From: Lachnospiraceae bacterium
GTDB lineage: Bacteria > Bacillota > Clostridia > Lachnospirales > Lachnospiraceae
Assembly: GCA_017526745.1 (NCBI GenBank)
Contig: JAFXQX010000001.1
Location: forward strand, 530 to 64,529
Reading direction: 5' to 3'
DNA length: 64,000 nt
Below the pieces are notes generated by a model. The model ran no database searches, had not been told where the DNA came from, and saw only the letters and a program-made list of their open reading frames with translations. The position numbers and the translations under genes are program-made. Position 1 is the stretch's first letter. Each line of letters begins with the position of its first letter. Shown in pieces: positions 54,442-62,965 of the stretch.

Positions 54442-54783
54442 ATGATGCTCCTGGGAATATACAGATGCCCGTCAGAGTTCCTGTTCGGCATTCCCTGCCC
54501 CTTATGCGGTGCAACCAGGTCGATAATGTGTGCTCTTAGCGGCAGGTTTGCCGAGGCCTTTTATTATCATCCTCTCTGGCCCGTGTTTGTGATTGCCTCC
54601 GTGCTGTTCATTTTATGGTTTTTCGATATCATCAGGGTTAAAAAGACGGTCAGGGAGGCGGCCCCGGCTGTTTTGATAATGCTTCTTCTTATCTGTTTCG
54701 TCATAAGACATATCGATCATTCTCCCGTTGTTGCGATCCATCTCAAAGAGTCATTTCTTTACAGGCTATTTTCCAACCCGTAG
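54442..54783 (+). CDS. DUF2752-like membrane protein
   Basis: The N-terminus CPSEFLFGIPCPLCGATRS matches the family's CPxCGxTR signature. The ATG at 54442 comes directly after the hairpin. The ORF-track start at 54298 overlaps the TM2 gene. Confidence 0.65.
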   Translation: MMLLGIYRCPSEFLFGIPCPLCGATRSIMCALSGRFAEAFYYHPLWPVFVIASVLFILWFFDIIRVKKTVREAAPAVLIMLLLICFVIRHIDHSPVVAIHLKESFLYRLFSNP

Positions 54784-54884
54784 TTATGTTTTCAGATATT
54801 TTTGCGAGTGATCATTGTTTAGATCTTTGAAAAATAGTACAATACTATGTGTTGTATTAAGACCGGACGTGATAAATCCGATGG

Positions 54885-55277
54885 ATGCGCTTGCACATGA
54901 GTGATAAAATGAAAAAAGACAAATATGGGATCAAAGTAAGGAAATGGTGCCATGAGCACGAAGAATTAGTCGAATCTGCACTTGCGGGAAATGACGACAT
55001 TGATCCGGGAAGAATTCTCATATTACATGAAAAAAGACTCTCATGGCTGATGCATGAGAGACTCGTTCATGTTGTTGTATTACTTATAACGGTAACAGCA
55101 ACGATGTTTTCACTTGGAATCGTACTGCTTGCGCCAGATCTGTTCCCTTACACGTTCGTGCTGTTTGCAATACTGTTCATACTTCTTGTATTCTATATAA
55201 GGCATTATTTTTTTCTCGAGAATACTGTCCAGCACTGGTATGTGCTTTATGACAGTATCCTCGCACGTATCGGTTAA
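54885..55277 (+). CDS. hypothetical membrane protein (130 aa, 2 TM)
   Basis: This is an ORF with two hydrophobic helices and no recognisable motif. Confidence 0.4.
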   Translation: MRLHMSDKMKKDKYGIKVRKWCHEHEELVESALAGNDDIDPGRILILHEKRLSWLMHERLVHVVVLLITVTATMFSLGIVLLAPDLFPYTFVLFAILFILLVFYIRHYFFLENTVQHWYVLYDSILARIG

Positions 55278-57712
55278 CCCATTACCACTTCGACATTATA
55301 TTCCTTAACACCATCCTCGATAGGAACGATACAGCCGTTAACGGATCTTCCGTTTACGGTCATCGATCTTACGCCTTTTTCAACATCTCCCGGATTCTTG
55401 ACCGTGATGTTGTAGGTACTTCCCCTAAACTTACGGGTGATCTCAAAATCACCAAAGCCGTGGGGTACGCAGGGATCTATGGAAAGACCTTTGTGTGTGG
55501 GATATACTCCGAGGATGTACTGGGAGATATTCGTAAACGTCCATGCTGCAGTACCGGTAAGCCACGAATTCTTTCCCTCGCCGGGAATATAAGCATCGGC
55601 ACCTGCAACCATCTGGCAGTACACATAAGGTTCGGTCTTATGGATCTCGGAGATTTCTTCGGTATATGCCGGGCATGTCTTCTTGTATATCTCGAATGCC
55701 CTGTCTCCGCGGCCGATAACCGTCTCCGCGATAGATACCCAGGGATTGTTGTGACAGAAGATGCCGGCATTCTCCTTGTATCCGGGAGGATATGAGCTTA
55801 TCTCGCCAAGCTCCACGTGATACTCCGTGTAAGCAGGCTGCAGTATCATAACTCCGTATTTGCAGTCAAGACGTTCCCTGACGGAATCGAGCGCTTTTTG
55901 CGCAAGGCCTTCTTTGACGCCGATACCCGCAAGCGAGCAGAATCCGTTGGATTCAATGTAGATCTGGCCTTCCTCGCACTCCTTGGAGCCTATCTTGTTT
56001 CCGTACGCATCGTATGCCCGTACGAACCAGTCGCCGTCCCAGCCGTCCTTTAAGACTGCGTCATACATTTTCCCAACTTCGCTTCTTGCGCGAGCGGCTT
56101 CGGATTTATCACCAAGCAGGTCGCACAGCTGTGCATATTCTTCTCCGTACTTAACGAACATCCCGGCTATGAAAACGGATTCAGCCACCGGTCCTTCCGA
56201 CGGACCGAATGTCTGGAAGGACTCACCCGGATGTTCCGAGAAGCAGTTAAGGTTCAGACAGTCATTCCAGTCAGCTCGTCCTATAAGAGGAAGACCGTGG
56301 GGGCCTTTGTGGTTTACCGTATAATCAAATGATCTCTTAAGGTGCTCCATAAGTGAAGTAGCAACACTCATATCGTTGTCGTAAGGTACATTCTCTTTGA
56401 GTATGGAAATATCTCCGGTCTCGCGGACATATGCGCTCGTTCCCGCAATGAGCCAGAGCGGGTCATCGTTAAATCCTGATCCGATATCCGAATTGCCCTT
56501 CTTGGTAAGAGGCTGATACTGGTGATATGCGCTTCCGTCCTTAAACTGTGTGGATGCGATATCGATGATACGCTCTCTTGCACGTTCGGGGATCAGGTGT
56601 ACAAATCCGAGCAGATCCTGGTTTGAATCCCGAAATCCCATGCCTCGTCCTATACCTGACTCAAAATATGAAGCCGAGCGGCTCATGTTGAATGTGACCA
56701 TGCACTGATACTGATTCCATATATTTACCATGCGGTTGACCTTGTCATTTGAAGACTTTACGCTGTATATGGAAAGAAGTTCCTTCCAGTAGTCGCACAG
56801 CTTGGAGAATGCTTTGTCAACATCGGCATCAGTCATGTATTTTGCGAGCATTTCCTTGGCAGGCTTTTTATTAACTATCCCTTTTGATTCCCATTTTTCC
56901 TCTACGGGATTCTCGCAGTAGCCGAGAACAAAAACAAATGACTTTGTCTGCCCGGGGGCGAGGTCGACATTTATCTGGTGGACCGCAACCGGTGACCATC
57001 CGTGTGCGATCGAATTGGTGCACTGGCCTTTTTCAAATACGACCTCCGGATCGTGGTTGTCGTGATATGCGCCCAGGAATGCATCTCTTGAAGTGTCAAA
57101 ACCGTTGATATCGGCATTGACGGAATAGATAGCGTAATGGTTTCGCCTCTCCCGGTACTCGGTCTTGTGGTATATGGTCGACCCTGCGACTTCAACCTCA
57201 CCAGTTGAGAAGTTTCTCTGGAAATTCTTCATGTCATCATCGGCATTCCAGAGACACCACTCCACGTATGAGAAGAGTTTTAAACTCTTCGTTTCGGAAG
57301 AATTGTTCGTAAGACTTATTCTGCTGATCTCACATGTATCATCGATCGGTACAAATGAAAGGACATTTGCCTCGACATCATTCATCACACCCTTGAACTT
57401 TGTGTAGCCTATGCCGTGACGGCATTCGTACATATCAAGCTCCGTTTTGGTCGGCTGCCAGCCCGGATTCCAGACAGTATCGCCGTCCTTGATATAAAAA
57501 TATTTACCGTTCACATCGCCGGGCACTCCGTTATAGCGGTAACGGGTAAGCCTTAAAAGCTTTGCATCCTTATAGAAAGAATATCCGCCGCTTGTATTAG
57601 ATATGAGTGAAAAAAAGTCATTCGTCCCGAGATAGTTGATCCACGGAAGAGGGGTCTTCGGGGTGGTAATGACATATTCGGCGTTGGCATCGTCAAAGAA
57701 TCCGTATTTCAT
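55274..57712 (-). CDS. GH94 cellobiose (cellodextrin) phosphorylase
   Basis: The 812-aa protein begins [29 protein letters not shown]...YRYNGVP...ECRHGIGYT, closely resembling clostridial cellobiose phosphorylases. An AAGGAG RBS precedes the ATG at 57712. Confidence 0.9.
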   Translation of the reverse strand: MKYGFFDDANAEYVITTPKTPLPWINYLGTNDFFSLISNTSGGYSFYKDAKLLRLTRYRYNGVPGDVNGKYFYIKDGDTVWNPGWQPTKTELDMYECRHGIGYTKFKGVMNDVEANVLSFVPIDDTCEISRISLTNNSSETKSLKLFSYVEWCLWNADDDMKNFQRNFSTGEVEVAGSTIYHKTEYRERRNHYAIYSVNADINGFDTSRDAFLGAYHDNHDPEVVFEKGQCTNSIAHGWSPVAVHQINVDLAPGQTKSFVFVLGYCENPVEEKWESKGIVNKKPAKEMLAKYMTDADVDKAFSKLCDYWKELLSIYSVKSSNDKVNRMVNIWNQYQCMVTFNMSRSASYFESGIGRGMGFRDSNQDLLGFVHLIPERARERIIDIASTQFKDGSAYHQYQPLTKKGNSDIGSGFNDDPLWLIAGTSAYVRETGDISILKENVPYDNDMSVATSLMEHLKRSFDYTVNHKGPHGLPLIGRADWNDCLNLNCFSEHPGESFQTFGPSEGPVAESVFIAGMFVKYGEEYAQLCDLLGDKSEAARARSEVGKMYDAVLKDGWDGDWFVRAYDAYGNKIGSKECEEGQIYIESNGFCSLAGIGVKEGLAQKALDSVRERLDCKYGVMILQPAYTEYHVELGEISSYPPGYKENAGIFCHNNPWVSIAETVIGRGDRAFEIYKKTCPAYTEEISEIHKTEPYVYCQMVAGADAYIPGEGKNSWLTGTAAWTFTNISQYILGVYPTHKGLSIDPCVPHGFGDFEITRKFRGSTYNITVKNPGDVEKGVRSMTVNGRSVNGCIVPIEDGVKEYNVEVVMG

Positions 57713-57743
57713 AATCTGTCTCCTTGCTAATAAAGGCACTTAA

Positions 57744-57756
57744 TTAAACGTTTAAG
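57744..57756. promoter_or_regulatory. palindromic LacI-type operator in the GH94 5' UTR
   Basis: TTAAACGTTTAA is a perfect 12-bp palindrome, followed by a G. It is related to the sites at 3265, 3419 and 57939. Confidence 0.55.
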
Positions 57757-57791
57757 TAAAATGATAAAAAAAAAGAAAATCCGATATGGGT

Positions 57792-57820
57792 AGTATATGA
57801 TAAAAGAGCGCGATATACAA
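57792..57820 (-). promoter_or_regulatory. sigma-A-like promoter of the GH94 gene
   Basis: The minus strand reads TTGTAT, a 17-nt spacer, then TATACT. Confidence 0.45.
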
Positions 57821-57926
57821 CATAAAAATACAGCTCATCCACATATTTGGTAAATGTAACAAAAACTATTTGGAAATTTTTACCAAAAAAACGAAAAAAA
57901 AGATAGAAAAGCAGACAAAATTAATA

Positions 57927-57954
57927 TATACTAGTTAACGAAAACGATTAAGGA
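57927..57954 (+). promoter_or_regulatory. -10 box plus operator-like 17-mer upstream of the LacI-family gene
   Basis: TATACT (57927-57932) is followed by ACGAAAACGATTAAGGA (57938-57954), identical to 3418-3434. The site overlaps the RBS. Confidence 0.5.
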
Positions 57955-57964
57955 GCATGATGCC

Positions 57965-58969
57965 ATGATCTCTATGAAGGATATCGCGGAAAAGTGCAGT
58001 GTTTCTGTTGCGACTGTCAGCAAAGCGCTGAACGATCATACCGACATAGGCGAAGACACAAAGAAACATATAAGGGAGGTAGCTGAAAGACTCGGATACT
58101 ATCCGAACTCATCCGCTCGTGCGCTTAAGACAAAACGTACCGAAAACATAGGTGTACTGTTTGTCGATGAAGGACGCAGCGGTCTTACACATGACTATTT
58201 CGCCAGGGTTCTGGACAGTTTCAAGAGGGTGTCTGAGGTCAGCGGATATGACATCACGTTCATTAATGCCACAAGCCAGAAGATGACCTATCTTGAGCAT
58301 TCCATGTACAGAGGAGTGGATGGAGTGGTCATCGCATGTGTTGATTTTGACGACAGGGATGTACTGGATCTTGTGAACAGTGATCTGCCGGTCGTGACCA
58401 TAGACCACGTATTTGACAACAGGATATCCGTTGTATCGGATAATATCGGCGGAATGCGTTCGCTTATCGAATACATTCATTCGCTTGGCCATGAGCGGAT
58501 CGCATATATATACGGAGATGACACGGCAGTTACGAGGAACCGTGTTGCAAGCTATTATAATACTCTGAGGGATCTTGGGATTGAGGCGGATGACAGTTAT
58601 ACGTTTGCATCGGCATATCGTAATCCGAAACTTGCCGCAAAGTATACCGAGGAGCTTCTTGCGATGAAAAAACGTCCCACCTGCATTCTCTATCCCGATG
58701 ATTACTCCGCAATCGGAGGCCTTAATGCGATAGAGGCGGTAGGACTGACGGTTCCCGACGACATTTCCGTCGTCGGATATGACGGACTGTATGTGTCTCA
58801 GATCATACATCCGAAGCTTACCACATATGAACAGAACAGTGAGGAGATAGGGCGGATAGCTGCAAAATCACTGATCAGGCTCATCCGTGACCGGAAGAGC
58901 ACACTTATAGAGAAGATCCTTGTTCCCGGAAAGATAATAGAAGGCGGATCGGTCAAAAAGATCGTGTAA
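57965..58969 (+). CDS. LacI-family transcriptional regulator
   Basis: The HTH is MKDIAEKCSVSVATVSKALN...ARALK, followed by a periplasmic-binding-protein-like core. Confidence 0.9.
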   Translation: MISMKDIAEKCSVSVATVSKALNDHTDIGEDTKKHIREVAERLGYYPNSSARALKTKRTENIGVLFVDEGRSGLTHDYFARVLDSFKRVSEVSGYDITFINATSQKMTYLEHSMYRGVDGVVIACVDFDDRDVLDLVNSDLPVVTIDHVFDNRISVVSDNIGGMRSLIEYIHSLGHERIAYIYGDDTAVTRNRVASYYNTLRDLGIEADDSYTFASAYRNPKLAAKYTEELLAMKKRPTCILYPDDYSAIGGLNAIEAVGLTVPDDISVVGYDGLYVSQIIHPKLTTYEQNSEEIGRIAAKSLIRLIRDRKSTLIEKILVPGKIIEGGSVKKIV

Positions 58970-60128
58970 CGCCGGTTTTTCTTGCAGCCTCGGCAACCGC
59001 CTCGGCAACAGCCTTAGTTACCTTAGGGTTGAAGCTGTCGGGAATTATATAATCGGCGCTCCTGTCAGCATCCGTAACTATGCCGGCTATGGCATGAGCA
59101 GCTGCGATCTTCATTTCTTCATTGATATCGGAAGCGTTTACATCAAGCGCACCCCGGAATATCCCCGGAAATGCAAGTACATTATTGATCTGATTAGGAA
59201 AATCACTCCTGCCGGTTGCCATAACGGCAACGCCGGCTTCTTTTGCGTCCTCGACGGATATCTCGGGCACGGGATTGGACATGGCAAAGACTACGGGATC
59301 TTTTGCCATCTTTTTCACCATCTCTTTAGTCAGGACTCCGGGTCCCGATACGCCTATAAATACATCGGCGCCCTCGATAACGTCTCCGAGCTTTCCTTTT
59401 TTCATAAGGCGGTTTGAAACCTTTGCCATCTCTTCTTTTATGGGATTAAGGTTTTCGCGGCCTTCGTATATCGCACCGGTCCTGTCGCAGAGTATCACAT
59501 TCTTAAGACCGGACTGCATGAGAAGTTTTGTGATCGCTACACCGGCAGCGCCGGCGCCGCTTACGACCACTTCGATCTCTTCAAGTTTCTTACCGACCAC
59601 CTTCAGGGCGTTGATCATGCCTGCAAGAACGACGACAGCAGTTCCGTGCTGGTCGTCGTGGAAGATCGGGATACTGCAGCGCTCTTTAAGCTTTTTCTCT
59701 ATCTCAAAACATCTCGGTGCGGAGATGTCTTCAAGGTTAACGCCGCCGAATGAGCCTTCAAGGAGTGCGACGGTCTCGACTATCGTATCCACATCATTGG
59801 ACTTGATGCATAAAGGAAAGGCATCCACATTTCCGAATCTTTTGAACAGCACGCATTTCCCTTCCATAACGGGAATTCCTGCCTCGGGTCCGATATTACC
59901 GAGCCCCAGCACTGCGGACCCGTCCGTTATCACTGCAACGAGATTGTGCCGTCTGGTATATTTATATGAAAGATCGATGTTATCCTTAATGGCCAGACAC
60001 GGCTGGGCAACGCCGGGAGTATAGGCAACGGAAAGGTCTTCCATCGAGTTTACTTCGCAGCGGGGAATGACTTCGATCTTTCCCTGCCATTCTTCGTGTT
60101 TTTTAAGTGCGAGCTGTTTTGCATCCAT
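58953..60128 (-). CDS. NAD(P)-dependent malic enzyme (short, 391 aa form)
   Basis: Motifs seen are LSVAYTPGVA, ITDGSAVLGLGNIG, FHDDQHGTA and the Rossmann motif VSGAGAAGVA. The ATG at 60128 follows an AAGGAG RBS. Confidence 0.9.
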   Translation of the reverse strand: MDAKQLALKKHEEWQGKIEVIPRCEVNSMEDLSVAYTPGVAQPCLAIKDNIDLSYKYTRRHNLVAVITDGSAVLGLGNIGPEAGIPVMEGKCVLFKRFGNVDAFPLCIKSNDVDTIVETVALLEGSFGGVNLEDISAPRCFEIEKKLKERCSIPIFHDDQHGTAVVVLAGMINALKVVGKKLEEIEVVVSGAGAAGVAITKLLMQSGLKNVILCDRTGAIYEGRENLNPIKEEMAKVSNRLMKKGKLGDVIEGADVFIGVSGPGVLTKEMVKKMAKDPVVFAMSNPVPEISVEDAKEAGVAVMATGRSDFPNQINNVLAFPGIFRGALDVNASDINEEMKIAAAHAIAGIVTDADRSADYIIPDSFNPKVTKAVAEAVAEAARKTGVTRSF

Positions 60129-60299
60129 GATTATGATCTCCTTTTTCGGCGCATATATACTGTCTGTGCGGATTGCGAAGCAATACGTACAGACAGTACT
60201 GTAGCCCGAAGGGGGAACCAACGGGCTACGATGAGGGGAGTATAAATAATTAATAAGGGGTCGTAAATGAGAATCTATTGAAGGGGAGATTCTCGCTTA
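60129..60299 (-). promoter_or_regulatory. structured ~170-nt 5' leader of the malic enzyme gene
   Basis: Three hairpins are read on the minus strand: GAGAATCT/AGATTCTC (60269-60294), GTAGCCCG/CGGGCTAC (60201-60229) and TACTGTCTGT/ACAGACAGTA (60158-60198). Four CCCCUY tracts are present. Confidence 0.5.
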
Positions 60300-60306
60300 C
60301 GAAGTT

Positions 60307-60335
60307 ATTATATATTGAATACTAAAAAAAAACAA
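60307..60335 (-). promoter_or_regulatory. sigma-A-like promoter of the malic enzyme gene
   Basis: The minus strand reads TTGTTT, a 17-nt spacer, then TATAAT. Confidence 0.5.
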
Positions 60336-60367
60336 CCGTTTTTGGAAAATAGTGTCAAATTTTTTTG

Positions 60368-60483
60368 GCGGCACAACATGTTGCGGATGCAGTAATAACG
60401 GGGGTTTTGGGAATCGGGGCAATGACTATGTGACTATTCCACAACTACTAGATAGCCGGTAAAATGAGCGGCACAATATGTGG
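60368..60483. promoter_or_regulatory. pair of 16-nt direct repeats exactly 100 bp apart
   Basis: GCGGCACAACATGTTG (60368-60383, containing the palindrome CAACATGTTG) and GCGGCACAATATGTGG (60468-60483) match at 14 of 16 positions. Confidence 0.35.
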
Positions 60484-60535
60484 TGAAAATACGCAACAAA
60501 AACTGCCTCAAAATCTTTTTTGACAAGTGAGATTG

Positions 60536-60544
60536 TGATACAAT
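60536..60544 (+). promoter_or_regulatory. extended -10 element directly upstream of the methyltransferase start codon
   Basis: TGaTACAAT ends 9 nt before the ATG at 60554. No SD-like sequence lies in between. Confidence 0.4.
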
Positions 60545-60553
60545 GTTTCGGTG

Positions 60554-61705
60554 ATGAAAAAGTACAGATTAATGGCTCCATGTCATTTTGGAATGGAGGC
60601 AGTTCTGAAAAAAGAAATAGTCGGACTCGGATATGAGATCGTCGAGGTTATGGACGGGCGTGTGATTTTCGCCGGAGGCGCAGATGCGATCGCAAGGTCG
60701 AACGTGTTTCTCCGGACGGCGGAACGCATATTGCTGATAGCGGGCGATTTTTGCGCACAGACGTTTGAGGAGCTGTTTGAGGGGATCAGCCGGATCGACT
60801 GGCCCGAGTATATACCGGAGGACGGAAAGTTCTGGGTAGCAAAGGCCGCGAGCGTCAAATCCAAGCTTTTTTCACCGTCAGACATTCAGTCCATAGTCAA
60901 GAAGGCCATGGTCGAGCGGATGAAGAAGAAGTATAAAACGGACTGGTTTTCCGAGGACGGAGACAGTTATCCGCTCCGGGTGTTCATAAATAAGGACAGA
61001 GTGCTTGTGGGCCTTGATACGACCGGCACATCCCTTCACAAGCGTGGATACAGGAAACTGGTCAGTCATGCGCCGCTTGCGGAGAATCTGGCTGCGGGCC
61101 TTATCATGCTGACCCCATGGAAATACGACAGGATACTTGTTGACCCCTTTTGCGGAAGCGGGACGATACCGATCGAGGCGGCCATGATCGCCGCGAAGAT
61201 AGCTCCGGGAATGAACAGGGATTTTACAGCCATGACATGGGAGCATCTGGCAGCAGCAAAGACATGGACGGATGCGGTCACCGAGGCGCGTTCCGTGATC
61301 GATATGTCGGTAAAGCCTGATATTCAGGGCTATGACATTGACGATGATATGATCAGATCGGCAAGAGAAAATGCCGCTGCAGCAGGAGTTTCGGACATGA
61401 TACATTTCCAGCGCCGTGCGGTCTGCGATCTGTCACACCCTAAGAAGTACGGATTCATCATCACGAATCCGCCGTATGGTGAGAGGATCGGTGGCAAGGA
61501 TGAGATAGGGGCACTCTACGATCAGCTGGCAGAGCGTTATAAGGCGCTTGATTCGTGGTCGGCTTATGTGATAACCGCCTATGACAGAGTGGAAGATCAC
61601 ATGGGACGCAAAGCCGATAAGAACCGGAAGATCTACAATGGGATGATGAAGACGTATTTTTACCAGTTTATGGGCAGCAGGCCCCCGAAGGAGCATCATA
61701 ATTGA
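60554..61705 (+). CDS. THUMP-domain class I SAM-dependent RNA methyltransferase (YpsC/RlmL-like)
   Basis: The N-terminus is MKKYRLMAPCHFGMEAVLKKE. The segment DPFCGSGTIPIEAA and the catalytic motif ITNPPYGERI are present. Confidence 0.85.
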   Translation: MKKYRLMAPCHFGMEAVLKKEIVGLGYEIVEVMDGRVIFAGGADAIARSNVFLRTAERILLIAGDFCAQTFEELFEGISRIDWPEYIPEDGKFWVAKAASVKSKLFSPSDIQSIVKKAMVERMKKKYKTDWFSEDGDSYPLRVFINKDRVLVGLDTTGTSLHKRGYRKLVSHAPLAENLAAGLIMLTPWKYDRILVDPFCGSGTIPIEAAMIAAKIAPGMNRDFTAMTWEHLAAAKTWTDAVTEARSVIDMSVKPDIQGYDIDDDMIRSARENAAAAGVSDMIHFQRRAVCDLSHPKKYGFIITNPPYGERIGGKDEIGALYDQLAERYKALDSWSAYVITAYDRVEDHMGRKADKNRKIYNGMMKTYFYQFMGSRPPKEHHN

Positions 61706-62298
61706 AAGTGATATTTGCAACGGGAAATGAAAATAAACTTCGCGAGATCCGGCAGATCACGCAGGGAATGGATATTGAGATCATTTCGATGAAGGATGCC
61801 GGATATTATACGGATGTAGAGGAGACGGGTTCCACGTTTGAGGAAAATGCATATCTTAAGGCAAGTGCCATCGCAGCCAGGTGCCACCTTCCCACGCTTG
61901 CGGACGATTCCGGGCTGGAGATCGACTATCTTGGAAAGGAGCCCGGGATATATTCATCGCGATATATGGGAGAGGATACGCCGTATCCGGTCAAGAATGC
62001 AGAACTGCTGAGGCGGCTCGAAGGCGTTCCTGATGAACAGCGCACGGCACGGTTTGTCTGCGCGGTCTGCTATGTCAGGCCGGACGGGTCGAGCGAGACG
62101 GTAAGGGGAACGATGGAAGGCCGTATTGCTCATAAGATCGCAGGATCGAACGGTTTCGGGTATGATCCGATATTCTTTGTCCCCGAGAAGGGCTGTACAT
62201 CGGCAGAACTGTCGCCGGAGGATAAGAACATGATCAGCCACAGGGGCAAGGCCCTCAGGATGATGAAAGAAATCCTTGAAAAAGAGCCGGGTGTTTGA
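61702..62298 (+). CDS. rdgB: XTP/dITP diphosphatase (HAM1/RdgB family)
   Basis: Motifs seen are KVIFATGNENKLREI, ADDSGLEIDYL and FGYDPIF. Its TTG start overlaps the upstream stop. Confidence 0.9.
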   Translation: MKVIFATGNENKLREIRQITQGMDIEIISMKDAGYYTDVEETGSTFEENAYLKASAIAARCHLPTLADDSGLEIDYLGKEPGIYSSRYMGEDTPYPVKNAELLRRLEGVPDEQRTARFVCAVCYVRPDGSSETVRGTMEGRIAHKIAGSNGFGYDPIFFVPEKGCTSAELSPEDKNMISHRGKALRMMKEILEKEPGV

Positions 62299-62316
62299 TA
62301 TGGGAAGGACCGGAAG

Positions 62317-62796
62317 ATGAAGATATTGGTCGTCAGTGACACTCACGGCTACAACGATACAATGTATGAAGTGATCGATAAGGAATCACCTTTCGATATG
62401 CTGATACACTGCGGAGACATTGACGGTGAGCATATAAGGCTTCGCGAGAAACTGAACTGTACGCTTCATGTTGTAGCGGGAAACAACGATTACGATCCGC
62501 TGATGGACAGGGTCAAGGTTATAGAGTTTGGAAATTATCGCGCTGTTTTGACTCACGGGCACAGGTATCATCTGTATTCGGGGTATGATCCGCTGTTCTA
62601 CCTTGCGGCTGAAAATCACGCCGATTACGTTTTCTTCGGCCATACTCATGTTCCGGTTATCCACGAGGAGGGGCCTGTCACCCTGATCAATCCGGGATCG
62701 CTCACCTATCCGAGACAGCATGGAAGACAGCCGTCCTACATTGTCGGAACAATGGAAAACGGCAAACGTCCGGAGTTTGAGATACGTTATATTTAA
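62317..62796 (+). CDS. YfcE/MJ0936-family metallophosphoesterase
   Basis: Motifs seen are MKILVVSDTHG, HCGD, GNND, THGH and GHTH. The rdgB-phosphoesterase pairing is as in Bacillus ysnA-ysnB. Confidence 0.85.
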   Translation: MKILVVSDTHGYNDTMYEVIDKESPFDMLIHCGDIDGEHIRLREKLNCTLHVVAGNNDYDPLMDRVKVIEFGNYRAVLTHGHRYHLYSGYDPLFYLAAENHADYVFFGHTHVPVIHEEGPVTLINPGSLTYPRQHGRQPSYIVGTMENGKRPEFEIRYI

Positions 62797-62808
62797 AACA
62801 CATATTAT

Positions 62809-62837
62809 TTGAAACAATCGGTTCCGTGGAGTATAAT
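62809..62837 (+). promoter_or_regulatory. sigma-A promoter of tRNA-Pro
   Basis: TTGAAA, a 17-nt spacer, then TATAAT. Confidence 0.65.
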
Positions 62838-62890
62838 CGAAACCGATCCGCCGAAATCAAGAGCCTGTCATGGCCATGGATTTCGGCAAA

Positions 62891-62965
62891 CGGGGTGTGG
62901 CTCAGTTTGGCTAGAGCACCTGCTTTGGGAGCAGGGGGCCGCAGGTTCGAATCCTGTCACCCCGA
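62891..62965 (+). tRNA. tRNA-Pro (anticodon UGG)
   Basis: The cloverleaf folds by hand. The acceptor is CGGGGTG/CACCCCG, the anticodon loop is TTTGGGA and the T-loop is TTCGAAT. Confidence 0.9.

Noticed and set aside
60201-60229. The idea that the C-rich malic-enzyme upstream region is an independent RsaE/RoxS-like sRNA gene.
   Set aside because: No intrinsic terminator (hairpin plus U tract) follows any of the three hairpins on the minus strand before the malic-enzyme RBS. A cis-acting 5' leader is therefore the simpler reading.
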